From contig NC_073405.1 of assembly GCF_028641065.1 (NCBI RefSeq), positions 14,756,001 to 14,820,000 of the forward strand: a DNA stretch of 64,000 nt. Direction: 5' to 3'. The first letter of the stretch is position 1, and every line of letters starts with the position of its first letter. Below are positions 38,910 to 51,995 of the stretch, piece after piece. Source of the DNA: Leucoraja erinacea (Eukaryota). The translations under genes and the position numbers were made by a program. Below the pieces are notes generated by a model. The model had not been told where the DNA came from. It did not search any database and saw nothing but the letters and a program-made list of their open reading frames with translations.

Positions 38910-39299
38910 GTAAGAAAAATTTCACGAGCAAAACACAAAAGTGCTGAAGGAACTCAGCGGGTCAGGCAGCATTCATTCTGTGGAGGGAATGGACAGATGA
39001 CGTTTCGGTCCGGCCATCCTTCAGATTCAGACGAGAGCTGTTTCATGGTATTCAGCGCTGAAATAATTCTGTAAGGGATATTTGAAAACCTTAACCTAGT
39101 ACAGCTTCACATAGAGAGAGGTGTGGACTTGCTGAGGAGGGAAAAGAACAAGTTTCATCATGATAGGAATAATCCGAAGAAATTCTTTCCTGATTTGTTG
39201 ATAAGCTTTTTTTCGCCGTGTTGAGTAAGCTTCCTCCTGCCATTCCAATGCAAGAAGTTGGAAAGGGGCGGAAATGCATCTGAAGTGGTGGGAGTTTAA

Positions 39300-39728
39300 C
39301 GTAGAAACATAGAAAATAGGTGCAGGAGTAGCCCATTCGGCCCTTCGAGCCAGCACCGCCATTCAATATAATCATGGCTGATCATTGGAAATCAGTACCC
39401 CGTTCCTGCTTCCCCCCATATCCCTTGATTCCCTTTGAGCCCTAAGAGCTAAATCTAACCCTCTCTTCAAAACATCCAGTGACTTGGCCTCCAATGCCCC
39501 GTGTGGCAGAGAATTCTACAGATTCAAATCTCTCAAGGTGAATGTTCATCTCATCTCAGTCCTAAATGGCATATCCTTTATTCTTAAACTGTGACCCCTG
39601 TTTCTGGACTCCCCCAACATCGGAATGTTTTTCCTGCATCTAGCCTGTCCAATCCCTTAAGAATTTTATATGTTTCTATAAGATTCCCTCGTATCCTTTT
39701 AAATTTCAGTAAACACAAGCCCAGTTGG
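39300..39728 (-). mobile_element. CR1/HER1-type LINE 3' fragment
   Basis: Reverse complement of the family at 32500. Confidence 0.85.
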
Positions 39729-40008
39729 CCCAGAGAGAGGGAGGGGAGGGGGATAGAGAGAGGGGGGGAGAGCCAGAGGGTAAGGGGGAGGAGGGAGAGA
39801 GAGGCGGAGGGAGAGGGAGGGGGAAGGAGGAGAGGGAAGAGGGAAAGGGGTGTTATCTTTAATGAGATTGCAAACTTTAGTTAGGTTTTAGAGCAATTAT
39901 ATTTTCTCCTCCATATGAATAATATCAAACAATTGGAACTGCTTTCTTTTCTTTGATAACAATACTGAAAAAAATGTATTCCATCCTTTGCGACTTTCAT
40001 TTTGCATC

Positions 40009-40214
40009 ATATTTTTAATGTACACACACTAACACAGTCGAACAGTAACAGGCAATCAAATCAACTCACAAAACATTTTCTAAAAAAAGGATTTTATTTA
40101 CTGCAAAAACTTATATTTTTAATGTACACACACTAACACAGTCGAACAGTAACAGGCAATCAAATCAACTCACAAAACATTTTCTAAAAAAAGGATTTTA
40201 TTTACTGCAAAAAC
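40009..40214. repeat. Direct tandem duplication, two copies of about 102 bp
   Basis: atatttttaatgtacacacac...actgcaaaaac at 40009-40110 and 40113-40214. Confidence 0.9.
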
Positions 40215-41589
40215 AGTATTTTATTTGCAGTGTTTGCATGCTCCTTTATAACATTATACATAACATTTTACAGTATAACTTTATTATTAAATCAAGGACA
40301 GCTTCAATTCTTGATTTAATTGTATACAACAATGACCCCTATCATCCCATTCGAACCACTCATTACTCTTGACTCAACCAAAATTATTTCTGAAATATTG
40401 GTCATAAATTTGGTGCAGAAATGCTCCAATATAAGGCTCAGAATGCACCAGAGAGCATCTAAAACCTCAGAGCTTCCAGGGCCCTTTAGCGGGGCCAGGA
40501 CCCCAGCCGCAAGAGTCTTTGAGCTTCGCGCTTGTGATATGCACTGCGTAACGTTATTTCACATAAATCTTTTGTAATCCTGCCATGTCACCCCCTTTTT
40601 GAAAAGCTTCTTACGGGCCTGGTGTATAACATTTTTGACACTGTCATAGGCCTTTCTTACACATGCTGTCACAATCCATTTCAGTAATTTTCCTTGCCCA
40701 CATTTCGGAATAATAGTGTTTTAAGCCGATAACTCGACACTAGCACTGGCAATAAATAAAAAGCACAGCTTTCCAGCCCTCATCCCATTGGCCACGCTCG
40801 GCTGCACATCAGTGTCAATCTGGTGGACTCTTCCATCTTCCTCTCATGGGGGGATGAGGGATTGGGAGGGGCCTCGTGTGGAATAGCCTAGGGCCTCTCT
40901 TCATCTAAATCTGCCCCTGATAGCAAGAATGTCCTTCCTCAAATCAAGAGACTATGTGTATAGATTAAGGATGACTTTGAACTCCAGACTATGTAATTTT
41001 TTGCTTATTTACACTATATGTTTGTTTTCTTCCAAAGTCTACATTTTAAATTGACTTCAAAGACAGATCTGGATTCCACACTGGGCATGTGGAATCCTGG
41101 ATAAAGTGTTAGAAATATGACGGATATGAAATGCCAATACTTCAGAAATAAATTAGCATTTGGAGAAATTGGATTAGTATACATTTGGACTAGGAATTTG
41201 TAATTGTTATTTTGTTATTTTGGGAGATCGATTGGACCAATTGGGAAATAATCTTAAATGTTGCTTTTCTTAATAACAATGTATTTCTGCAGGTTTTAAA
41301 GATATTGTTCAAGAGATTTCTAATTTTGAGTTTATAAATTATTTTGTAAAAGCTTGTTTTGATATAATCACAGTGTTTACCTTGTAAAATGAAAAGGTGC
41401 AGTCAGATTTAGATGGTGAAAAGGAGCAGGGAGATTGAGGCTTCCACTGGGTCAGCGTGGATGATCTCCATCACTTAACCACTTTGTGACCTTGGGCAGT
41501 TTCTTCTGCTGTGCTAAAAAGATGAGATTAGTTAGCAATAAGCAATATGGACCCGAGCGGTGGCTATCCATCACAGTGACAGGGTTTCA

Positions 41590-42005
41590 GACTTTAGACT
41601 TTGGAGATACAGCGTGGAAACAGGTCCTTCTGCCCACCGAGTCCGTGCCGACCAGCGATCAGCACACTGGCACTGGGGACAATTTACAATTTTATAGAAG
41701 CCAATTAACCTGCAACCCTGTACGTTTTTGGAGTGTGGGGGGGGGGGAAGCCACGCAGTCACAGGAAAAACGGATGAACTCCATAGTCTGAAGAAGGGTC
41801 TCGACCCGAAACGTCGCCTATTCCTCCGCTCCATAGATGCTGCCTCACCCGCTGAGTTTCTACAGCTTTTGTGTCTACCTTCGATTTTTCCAGCATCTGC
41901 AGTTCTTTCTTAAACAAAAAGACTCCATACAGATAGCACCCGTCGTCAGGATTGAACCTGGGTCTGTGGCGCTGCAGGCAGCAACTCTACTCTGCGGCAC
42001 TGCAT
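41590..42005 (-). mobile_element. HE1-like SINE interrupted by a Penelope-derived terminal repeat (41786-41921)
   Basis: The SINE halves join across the insert, which is flanked by the TSD actccata (41778-41785 and 41922-41929). Confidence 0.75.
41788..41815 (+). ncRNA. Penelope-associated minimal hammerhead ribozyme motif
   Basis: CTGAAGA-a-gggt(ctcg)accc-GAAAC-GTC: CUGANGA and GAAA boxes, stem II, palindromic ACGT stem III, GUC cleavage triplet. Confidence 0.6.
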
Positions 42006-42175
42006 CGCCCACTTGACAAGTGTCTGGGTAACTGGGTTAAGGGTGACCTCAAATACCAAGTCTTGTAACATGATGGATGGTTATCACACACACCAGAACA
42101 TGTGCTCCTCCCAGTCAAGGTGCGAGCGGTTCCTGGGCCTCACCGTCTGACAGGGGTCCCTCTGTTTCCCCGCAG

Positions 42176-42326
42176 GCCCGACTGGAGCCGGGCCCGTTCC
42201 TCTGCTCAGGAGGTTTGAGGGTCTGCGGTACGACCGGGACTCCGTCAGCCGGCAGCAGACCCGAACCAGGCGCTGGAGCTTGGCCGAGGAGCCGAGGGTG
42301 CAGCTGCAGTTCACGGCCCATCGCAG
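42176..42326 (+). CDS. ADAM10: ADAM10-like exon 2, prodomain (RRFEGLRYDRDSVSRQQTRTRRW...QLQFTAHR)
   Basis: Aligns to ADAM10 RHYEGLSYN...HQRAKR...LDFHAHGR; 151 nt; canonical splice sites. Confidence 0.92.
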
Positions 42327-43187
42327 GTATATGCGGCGCTTCCTCCCGGTCACAGGGGCGGGGTCCCTCGGAGAGCAACGGGAGGTGATGGAGGGAAGGA
42401 GCGCGGGTGATCAGCCTGAATCACTGTGTTTCTCTTTCACCTGCCTCGGGCAGCTGCTGAAACAAAGTAAGTCAGGCAGCGTCTGTGGAGGGAATACACA
42501 GATGATTTTTCTGGCCGGGACCTTTCTTTTGCTGAAATCCACCTCCAGCATTTGTGTTCTCTCCCGTCTACTGAGATAGCTGCGCTGGCTGGGTTACCCT
42601 AGGGTGGGTCCAGGGTCGGCCCGGGCTCCCCAGACTGGGTGCCAGGCAGCACCTTGACGACCTGGCCAGGAGACTCCCACATCCGCAGCGGTTTACTTAC
42701 TGTTCCCACCCTGGTCTTTAATCTAACTGTTAGCCTGTTCTCCCCATGGGCCTCGCAGTCCCAGTCAGCTCAGTGCCTTGGTTCCATGCCCCCACCCCGC
42801 ACCCACCCAGTCCCACCTCCCCCACCGCACTGCCCCATTGTATCCTCCCCATTATACCCTCCCCACTGCACCTCTCCAACACACGGAGACCTATATCATA
42901 CCCCCTGAACCCTAAGCCCTGCGTCTTCCCCAGAGCACATGCCCTCTTGCACCTGCCTGGCTGCACCTTGCATAATTGCACAGGAACCCCTTGTATGGAG
43001 TAGCGGAGACAGCAGATCTCTGCTGAAGGCTTCGAGACCTTGGGGCTGCGAGGAGGTGAGTGTTCAGAGGGCTCCCTGAACTCTGGTTAAACACATCAGT
43101 TGGTTGATATCCACTCCGTCAGTTATACAAGCCCATGACTAATAGTGACTGTCGACACTGAATGAACAATCTACAATTCTGTTGCAG

Positions 43188-43306
43188 GCAATTCCATCTC
43201 CAATTGAAAAGAGATTTGAGTATGTTCACAGAAGATTTTAGAATTGAAACCAGAAGCGGCCTGGAATACGCAGATCTCTCACATATCTATTCTGGGCAGC
43301 TGCAGG
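43188..43306 (+). CDS. ADAM10: ADAM10-like exon 3 (QFHLQLKRDLSMFTEDFRIET...SHIYSGQLQ)
   Basis: Aligns to ADAM10 [21 protein letters not shown]...SHIYTGHIY; 119 nt. Confidence 0.95.
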
Positions 43307-44679
43307 GTAAGTCCTGTCCTGTGGCTACTTCATCTACCCTGTCTCAAGCCTGTGTTCATCATAACTCTAGAGCCTCAGTAACTACAATAAAGTCAATCAA
43401 GGGGAGATGACATGCAGTGATAGTTCTTTGCCTGGACTGTCTAAGGGTAGGAGAAAGTTTAAAACCTCCATATGACATTTCCTTTCGCCTCCTTTTGCCA
43501 CAAAGATAGGCTGTTCACTTTAAGTGATTTAAACAGGGCAGAATTTATTTCCGAGTGCATATATCGTAACACAGGAGCGATGAGATGGGTAAGGACTAAT
43601 TGTGATATCAGGCATGTGGCCTCTGCTCCTTACCCAAGCTGTGAGATCCCTTTGGTGGATGACAAGTGTAGAAATAAATACTTGGGAATTACTCTCCAAC
43701 AATGAGTATCCATAGGTCTTCCCTGCCCCATCACTGAGGTGATTTCTGTTCTGGACAGATATGGGTGGAGATTCATTGCTACAACAGACAGAGAGTTGGC
43801 AGGAGGATGGCTTGTGGTGGTTCCCCAGGACCCAGCTGTTCACAATCTATATCATTGACTGGGATGAGAAGAGCAAGAGTATTTTGTCCAAGTAGCTGTC
43901 AATATATACAATATTGAGTGTGTGTGTGTGATGACAACATGTGGAGAGGCATTGATGTAGATAGGATGTGAACGGGTCAAGACATAGCAGATGGAGTGTA
44001 ATGTGGGTAAATGTCAGGTTGTTCACTTTGCTGGAGACAAATGGAGAGCTGGAGTTGGTATTTGATATAATGATTATACTGAATCATTGAACTTTACCCC
44101 TTGGGGGTAACAAACCACAAGGAAGGTAAATGGTGCGAAAATGGCTCCCGGCATGAAACATCACTTAACCATGTTTTCCAGGTGAATTCCTGGGACAAAG
44201 GGTTTGTCCTGTGAGGTCAAGACTGAAATTGCACTTCATGAGCTGAAAGGATCGAGAGGCAATCTTATAGAAAATTACAAAATAGTAATGGGACATCTCA
44301 GAGTTGATGCAGCAAAGATATTTCCGCTGGCTCTGAGGTCTGTAACCATGGGTTCCGACCCAAAACATCGCCTATCCATGTTCTCCTGAGATTATGCCTG
44401 ACCCGCTGAGTTACTCTTATACCCTGTGTCTTTGAGAGTGTGAAGCACTAGCTCAATGTCCCTGAGCTGTGCACTAGTTGTTCTTCTTGTAAGTGCCATT
44501 GCTCTTCATGTATGCCAAGAGGTGTGGATGGAGCGAGTGGTGGAACAGGGGCACGGACAGGTGGGACAATAGCTTCTCAGCCATTAATAAGAAATCCATT
44601 GCTGTCCAAACCCTGTGATGAATCGTCATCAAATACCGCCCAAGGTGCTTGACTAAGGTGTCTTCTTTTCCACAAACAG

Positions 44680-44838
44680 GTGAGAACAGTTCCCATTGCC
44701 ACGGCTCCATCATTGATGGCCGATTTGAAGGTTTTATCCAAACTCAGAAGGGCAGATATTATGTTGAGCCTGCGGAGCGTTATGGCCAGGGAGAGCATCC
44801 TGCCATCCATTCCATCATCTATCACCAGGATGACGTTG
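44680..44838 (+). CDS. ADAM10: ADAM10-like exon 4 ([31 protein letters not shown]...[10 protein letters not shown])
   Basis: Near-identical to ADAM10 [34 protein letters not shown]; 159 nt. Confidence 0.97.
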
Positions 44839-45300
44839 GTGAGTACTGTCTCACTAGGTGAGAGTTTTTCATATTTTGAGTCTCCATTGAACGAACCACT
44901 GTCAGTCTGTGAGCACAGGGTGGGGCAGCAACTTGTTGGATGGAGCTCACTGCAAATAACGGATTGTGCAGCTCACAACCTTCACTGACTTAGGACAAGG
45001 TCGTTTAAAGAGTGGAGTACATAGAACTTACCACAGAAATAACAGCAACATCTCCCCATAAAAGCAGGATAAGTTCAGCAGAGCGAAAATGAAAATGCTG
45101 GAGGAACCCAGAAGGTCAGACAGCATCTTTGAAGGGAATGACCAGATGGCGTTTATTCTTTGGTTTAATGGAGTGCGAACCTGGAAAAGATAGGTTGGGT
45201 TGGGGTAAAGCCTGGCAAATGGTATGCGGGTGCAAATGAGGAGAGGTGTTTGTTAGATGTTACATTTTATCTCTGTACTGCCCACTCCCCTGACATCAGT

Positions 45301-45328
45301 CTGAAGAAGGGTTTCGACCCGAAACGTC
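45301..45328 (+). ncRNA. Penelope-associated minimal hammerhead ribozyme motif
   Basis: CTGAAGA-a-gggt(ttcg)accc-GAAAC-GTC, with a UUCG loop closing stem II. Confidence 0.6.
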
Positions 45329-48300
45329 ACCCATTCTTTCTCTCCAGAGATGTTGCCTGTCCCGCTGAGTTACTCCAGCAATTTGTGTCTACCCTTGGCA
45401 TGGGCAAGAGCCTGTTTCTGTGCTGTATGGTTCCGACTCTGTGACTGGAGCGTTGGGTTGCTGGGCTGGAGGTGACGGCAGGGGGAGCAAGCAGCCTTTG
45501 TGCAGAGTCCGTGGAAGCATAGCCAGCGCTACCGCTGCTATGGAAACAAGGCACCGGCAAGCTTGCTCGGCCAGTGTCAAGCACCCACGCGTTAAGCTGA
45601 AACAAGATGCTGGGAGTTCCTCCCCATCGGCCGTGTTACCAAGAGAGATTAATACTGACGGGCAGGAGCTGCTGCCTGTCTTTGTACGGCCCCTGTCATG
45701 CTGCACAGGCGGCTGTGAAACTTTTCCGAATGACCTGAGATGCCAGCATTCCTGAGGTAGATTGTAGACTGGAGAGAAAGACAAAGATTTCAGTTTACTC
45801 TCTTTCAAACTCTTGTGCTAAAGAGTTGGGATTCCCAGACACCTCAAACAGCCCGGAGGGCTGCCGTGTGTGTGTGTGTGTTTGTGTTAGGGATCAGTAA
45901 AGGTTGAGCTGTGAAGTTTCTGAATAGTTCTTGTAAACAAACCTGCTTTTGATTTCTCCTTGCCATCCATTTCGGACTGCCCTCCCCCCTCGCCCCCACC
46001 AGCCCTGATATAAAGGCAGACCCAAAACACTAAGTATGGCTGTGGGAATGGCCCTGGGGAGCAGAAATTGTGACAGAAAACAGAGTCCAATCTGAAGCAA
46101 GCAAATCCCACTGTAAACCCAGAAAGTCCTGGCTGGACCCAGTCTGAATTACAACATCATTGCCAAATGACCAAGTCTTCATACAAGCCGCTGCATTTTG
46201 GTTTGGCATTGCACCAAGGACTCCAGTTTTCAAAAGAAGTTCCTACAAATTCTTTGTTCTTGTTTTGATTTGAACGTACCCTTGATCTTCATGTCGAGCA
46301 AAAAATAAAGTTCATGTTTGGTGGCTTTGTGTGAATAGTGGGGTTGTAGTTCTCAGGGGGGCAAGAGACAAGCTCTCCATTATTCCATTGTTTCTCCAAA
46401 TTATCAGTGTCAGTCCGAACATTTCTCTTGGCCAGTTGCTCCCTATGATTCCCTATCCCAGGTAAAACTGCGCTCCCTGAGCCGGCCAGGTCCCTTTGAT
46501 CAAAGCACAAAGTGCTGGAGGAACTCAGCAAGCCAGGCAGTGTCTATGGAGGGAATGGACAGACAACATTTGTGGTCTGGACCCTTCTCCAGACTAAGAA
46601 TAGGGGAGAGAAAGCTGGAAAGAAGAGGTGGCGTTAGGACAAAGCCTGGCAAGTGACGTGGATATAGGTGAGCGGGCACCTGTGACAGACGGGTGGAATA
46701 AGTGACAAAGGCTAGAATTGAAAAGGAGATGTCATCTATGGAGAGCAGGAGTGAAATGTGAAACTGGAGAGAGAAATATGGGCTGAAAAGGACAGGGGAG
46801 GGGAGTTGATAAAAAGGAGATGGGTGTCCCTGGAAGATATCAAGGGAATGAGACTAGCCTGAATGGGTATCTTAGTTGGCAAGGATGAGATGGGCAGAAA
46901 GGCCTCTTTCTACGCTGCATATAAACCTATGAATCCATGAATATATGGAGAAAACCTCAGCACATGTTTTCCTCTTGGGCTGTCCGGTGCTGAATTATCT
47001 TGATAAACATGTGAGACGACACAGCAGACATCAACATCAATACAACTTCATCTAATCCTCCCGAGCAACAGGGACTTGAGGGCACTGTAAAGGAGCCCAG
47101 TCTGATCATGCCACCAAAAGCTTTGGGTGGATGATGATCAATTTTGTAATGCAAAAATGAGTCAGATGAATTTTCCAAAAATACAAAGCTGAGCTTGCTG
47201 ATAAATGACAGCCACTAATAAACCACAAACTGTGGCCTTTTTTTGTTCAAAGTGCTGGAGTAACTCAGCAGGTCAGGCAGCATCTCTGGAGAATACGATT
47301 AGGCGATGTTTCAGCTCGGGACCCTTCTTTAGACTGAAATGCGTTTCAAGTCTGACATAGGGCCACAACGCAAAACTTCACCTATCCATGTTCTCCAAAG
47401 ATGCTGCCTGACCCGCTGAATTACTCCTGTACTTTGTGCCTTTTCTAAACCAACATTTGCCATTCCTTGTTTCCACAAATCAAACTAGATAGAAATGTAT
47501 TTATTCAGGAAGAGGTTCAAATGTGGGCCTTGTTCCCATAGGAAGTGGTTGAGGTAAATATGCATGATGTTTCCAGTGGGAAACCCAGATGAGAACCTGA
47601 CAGGGATTGTAAGGGTTTGAATGAAGGCCCTTAGTTTCGAGGCCTTCCGTATTCTGTGCAGATTGTGCACAGTAAGAGGCCTATGAAGAGATATTCTGCC
47701 TTAGCCGAGGAATAAAGTTGGTCAGGACGCTGGGAGTCCTTTACTTTCTTCTTTGGGCATCTTTTACACCTAGCAAGAATAGTGCCGTTTCCTCTTTTTA
47801 ATATCTTGTTGGAGGGGGGTGACTGATAGAACAACACTAGATTTTGTGTGTTAGGGTCTCGACCCAAAACGTGTCTGAAGAAGTGTCTCGATCTGAAACG
47901 TCACCTATTCCTTTTCTCTAGAGATGCTGCCTGACCCACTGAGTTACTCCAGCTTTGTGTGTCTATAACTAGATATCTTGTGCCTGTTTCTGTGCTTGGA
48001 CTTGAAGCCCTGATCCAGCCGAGAGGAAAGAGCCTTGCCGGGTGTTGACACCTTCCAACGAGCTCCACGCTCATGCAGGGAAAGGCTCCGACCTAACAAA
48101 GGGAGCATTTGTCAGCGGTTGCCACACAACCAGGAGTTCCTGTGCACTGCGTGACCCGTGTGAATGCAGGGTGTAATGCAGAGTCCTGTGTGTGCTGGAT
48201 GGATTTGACCGCCAGTAACCCTACTATTAACTACCTCCCTCCGTCAGTCCCAACCTGCAGCTCAGCAGCTTCTCAGCACCACCCCTCATACAGTTCACCT

Positions 48301-49354
48301 TTCCCACCTCCTTCCTTTATCTCACCTTTAAATTGCCAGCTTCTGCACTGAGATTTCAACATGTAACTTTACTTATTCAGAGAAGTACACCCATGATATT
48401 TTTAATATAGTACTATTAAAACAGGTTACATTTAATAGACGGGCATGCCTGGGAGAGCGGCTGGTATTCATAACGTGGCAAGGTTTAATGTAAGATGTTG
48501 CTGTGATCTGCATTAAACCCCCCAAAGGTGAAGAGAAATAGATTAAATAGAAACTTTATTAAATCTGTCGAATCTGTCATATGGGACATGAGCAGGGAGT
48601 AGGTCTAATTGGAGGCTTTGTAAATGAATCTCAGCGAGAACTCAAAGCGAAAGAGAGCAAACAGAGCAACACAGTGCGAGTCCTTTCGTGGAGATTCATG
48701 GAGAGGAGAAGCTGATGGGCAAGTTGTGGGTGTGTGTGACCTGAGGGTCAACAAACTATAAAAACCTCCGAGCTTTCTTCACAGGGAGCTGCAGCACCTG
48801 ACGATTGGTCTGCCCTGCCCGCCTGGTCATCGGGTGACTCTCTGCCATTGGATGAGCTGCGTGAGCTGGTTGGCAGGGCCAGCAAGTTGCATTTTTAATT
48901 CCGAGTGAACAAGTTAGCACACAGTGCGAGTATTTGCAAGTGGCAAACTGCCATCAAGTTAATACTCCCTGGAATTGCCCAGAATTCCATCACCCAGCAA
49001 CCGCGCAGGACCGTTAACCCTTTGGTTGCCGTGGGTACCAGCCACTCTCCTCCCCTTTACTCGCGATCGGCGAGCGGACATCTTGGATACGCACATGGAG
49101 CAGGGTGCGAGGGAGTGAGGGGACGCTCCATTACCCGCCTCTGCCGCTGTCAATACTGACCAACACCCCTCCATGTGTTTGCAGCTCTCCAGAGAAGCAG
49201 AAGCCTCTGCATCTTGTGGGACTGCATTGCCAATAGTTCAATGGAGCTTCATTTGTGTCGTATGCAACTGCACTTTTTGCATATATATAACAAATATTTT
49301 TGTAATATAATTATAATTATTCAAAGTCTAAAGTCCAGTTGGCCTGTGCGCTTG

Positions 49355-49560
49355 GTGTATTGGAATGGTTCCCGCGATCCAACACCCCTCTCCTCCTGGC
49401 CATCTTTGTGCCCCGGGGTCACCTCCTGCAGTCTATCTTTAAGGCACTGGAGGCATTACCCCGGTTTACCCTCCCTTTGTCCCACACTCCTCGCATGCCA
49501 CATCTACAGCTCCTTCCCAGTAGCTCCGTCCTTATGATCCCTTCAGTGCGAACTGAAGGG
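49355..49560 (-). mobile_element. RTE-like LINE 3' fragment
   Basis: Frameshifted EGIIRT..GMRG..(GR)..SALK..KMA remnant resembling the RTE ORF2 C-terminus. Confidence 0.45.
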
Positions 49561-51129
49561 CCGAGCTTCCAGCTGTGTCTTCCCACTCCACCATCGATGG
49601 GTGTGGTCCTCCCCAGAACCATGGGCATTTGAGGAGCATTCGCACTGCCCAAGGTCCAGCCCCCAAGATTCAATCCCACTGCAGATACTGGGTGCTCGGG
49701 AGGATCACTTACCAGATGAAACAATACACCAGCATACTGGCAGACAAAAAAGAGCCAAGGCATTATTTGTGGTACCGCTGATGAGTTTTACCACTAATGA
49801 GCATGCTTCACCCGCACAATTAATAGAGTCACACAGCATGTAAACACCTTGTCTGCCCACAGAGTCTGCACACATTTACACTCACTCCGTACTGATGCTA
49901 TGTTATCTTCCTCACAAGTCTCTGGGATGTGGAAGGACACTAGGGCTCCCTGAGGAAACCCATATGGTCACAGGGAGAACTTGCAAAATCCACTCTGACA
50001 ACACCAGAGGTCAGGATTGAACCTGGTACCCAGGAACTGTGGACACCGCCAATATAATTTGGTCATTACAATGTTGATGTTATTTATATCTTTCTATGCA
50101 CAAGCTGGCTGCAGATTCCTTCATACGTTAAAGGGGTTCACTGCAGATATATTTTGGCAGGTTTAACATGCTTTGGTTTGTCCTGCAGTTACAGAAGGCA
50201 CTATGTAGGTGTTGCTCTTTCTGTCCCAGGCCCATTGACCAGCCAGGATAATCCAGTGAGGCTGAATCACAGTGGGCTGGGGCTTGCGGGGACATGCTGG
50301 GGTCCTGTGTACCTACGTCCTTTCCCCACACAGCTGCCACACGCTTGGGATTCCTGCCAGCGCCAAACATGCCAAGACCACCTCCCCGGCCAGAACAGGG
50401 TGTCATTAAACTGGAAACAGTACAAGACGATTCACTAGAATGTTACTGGGTTGGTTACAATTAGTTATAAGAAGAGGCTGTATAGTTTGGATCTTTTTGC
50501 CTTGACATGTAGGGGATTTGGGGGTGACCTTACAGAGAAGATAATGAAGAGCATAGATAAGGTGAATGGCCACAATCTTTTCACCCCCAGGGTAGCTGAG
50601 TCTTATAATGAAGGGCATAGATTTAAAGTGACAGTGGAGAGATTTAAAAAGGATCCGAGGAGCAATATGATGGGCCGAGTGGCCTGCTGGTGTTTTTATT
50701 TCTTATGTATACTTAGAAGGTCAGAAAGGAAGAAGTTCACTGTTGGCTACACAGTGTTTGATTCCATTCATCTCCTCAGCAAATGAGGGAGCCCAACATT
50801 TCCTTCCAACAAGACCCAGACCACATTCAGACATTGGTAGAAAACCAGCAAATAACCACAAAACTAACCACTGAATTCTTGAATTCAATGACATTACCAT
50901 CACTAGGTTCCCCATGATCAACATCGTCGGCTCACCACTGACCAGAAACTGAACATGAATACAGAGGTTATGCGAGTCGGTCAAAGTCTTGGCATCAGTT
51001 GGTGACTCACCCGCTGACCTTCCAAGGCTCTTTCACTGTCTTCCAAAGTCAAGAGTGTGATGGAAAACCTCTCACCTACTTGGACGAGTGCAGCCACAAC
51101 TCTAACACCACCTAGTACAAACCACACTT

Positions 51130-51291
51130 NNNNNNNNNNNNNNNNNNNNNNNNNNNNNNNNNNNNNNNNNNNNNNNNNNNNNNNNNNNNNNNNNNNNNNN
51201 NNNNNNNNNNNNNNNNNNNNNNNNNNNNNNNNNNNNNNNNNNNNNNNNNNNNNNNNNNNNNNNNNNNNNNNNNNNNNNNNNNNNNNNNNNN
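51130..51291. other. Assembly gap (run of N)
   Basis: 162 N bases. Confidence 1.
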
Positions 51292-51699
51292 GTCCATGGG
51301 CAGTGTGGTGCAGTGACTACTGTCAAAATGCTCTACTCCACTCACCTGCCATAACCCACAGTCCAGCCATCATGAACAGCCGGGTCAGCACGTACATGGG
51401 AACACCACCCTTCCAGTCATGCATCACCCTGACTCATGAATATATCGCAGTTTCCTCATTATCATTGGAACTCCCTTCCCGACAGCACAATATGGGCACT
51501 TTTACCAGAAGGACTGCAGTCGTTCAAGGTGACCAACAAGGAATGAGTAACAAAGCGGCCATTCCGACAGCACCTAGATCCTAAAAGGGTGAATTGATAA
51601 ATATGTGCAACATTGGCCCCAGGAGACCTACACCAGGGAAGTAAAGAAGCTTTCAGTAGTCAATGGCATCACGAGCAGCCAGCGTCCTTGGTGTTGAGG

Positions 51700-51995
51700 T
51701 ACGTGGCGCAGCCGTGGAGTTGCTGTCTTAAAGCGCCAGGGACCTGGGTTCGATTCTGACTAGGGGTGCTGTCTATACGGTGTTTGCTCATTCTCCCTGT
51801 GTCCTCGTGGCTTTCCTCCAGGTGCTCCGGTTACCTTCAATATTCCAATAATGTGCAGGTTTGTAGTTTAATTGTCCTCTGTAAATTGTCCCGAGTATGT
51901 CGGATAGAACTAGTGTACAGGTGAGTGTTGGTTGGCGCAGACTCTGTGAGCCAAAGGGCCTGTTTCCTTGCTGTATCTCTAAACTAAACTAAATG
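51700..51995 (+). mobile_element. tRNA-derived SINE (HE1/V-SINE-like), near full length
   Basis: gtggcgcag A box, ggttcgattc B box, V-like domain, (aaact)n tail. Confidence 0.8.

Noticed and set aside
47131-47193. ATGATGA...CTGA resembling a C/D box snoRNA
   Set aside because: No terminal stem and no recognisable rRNA or snRNA antisense element
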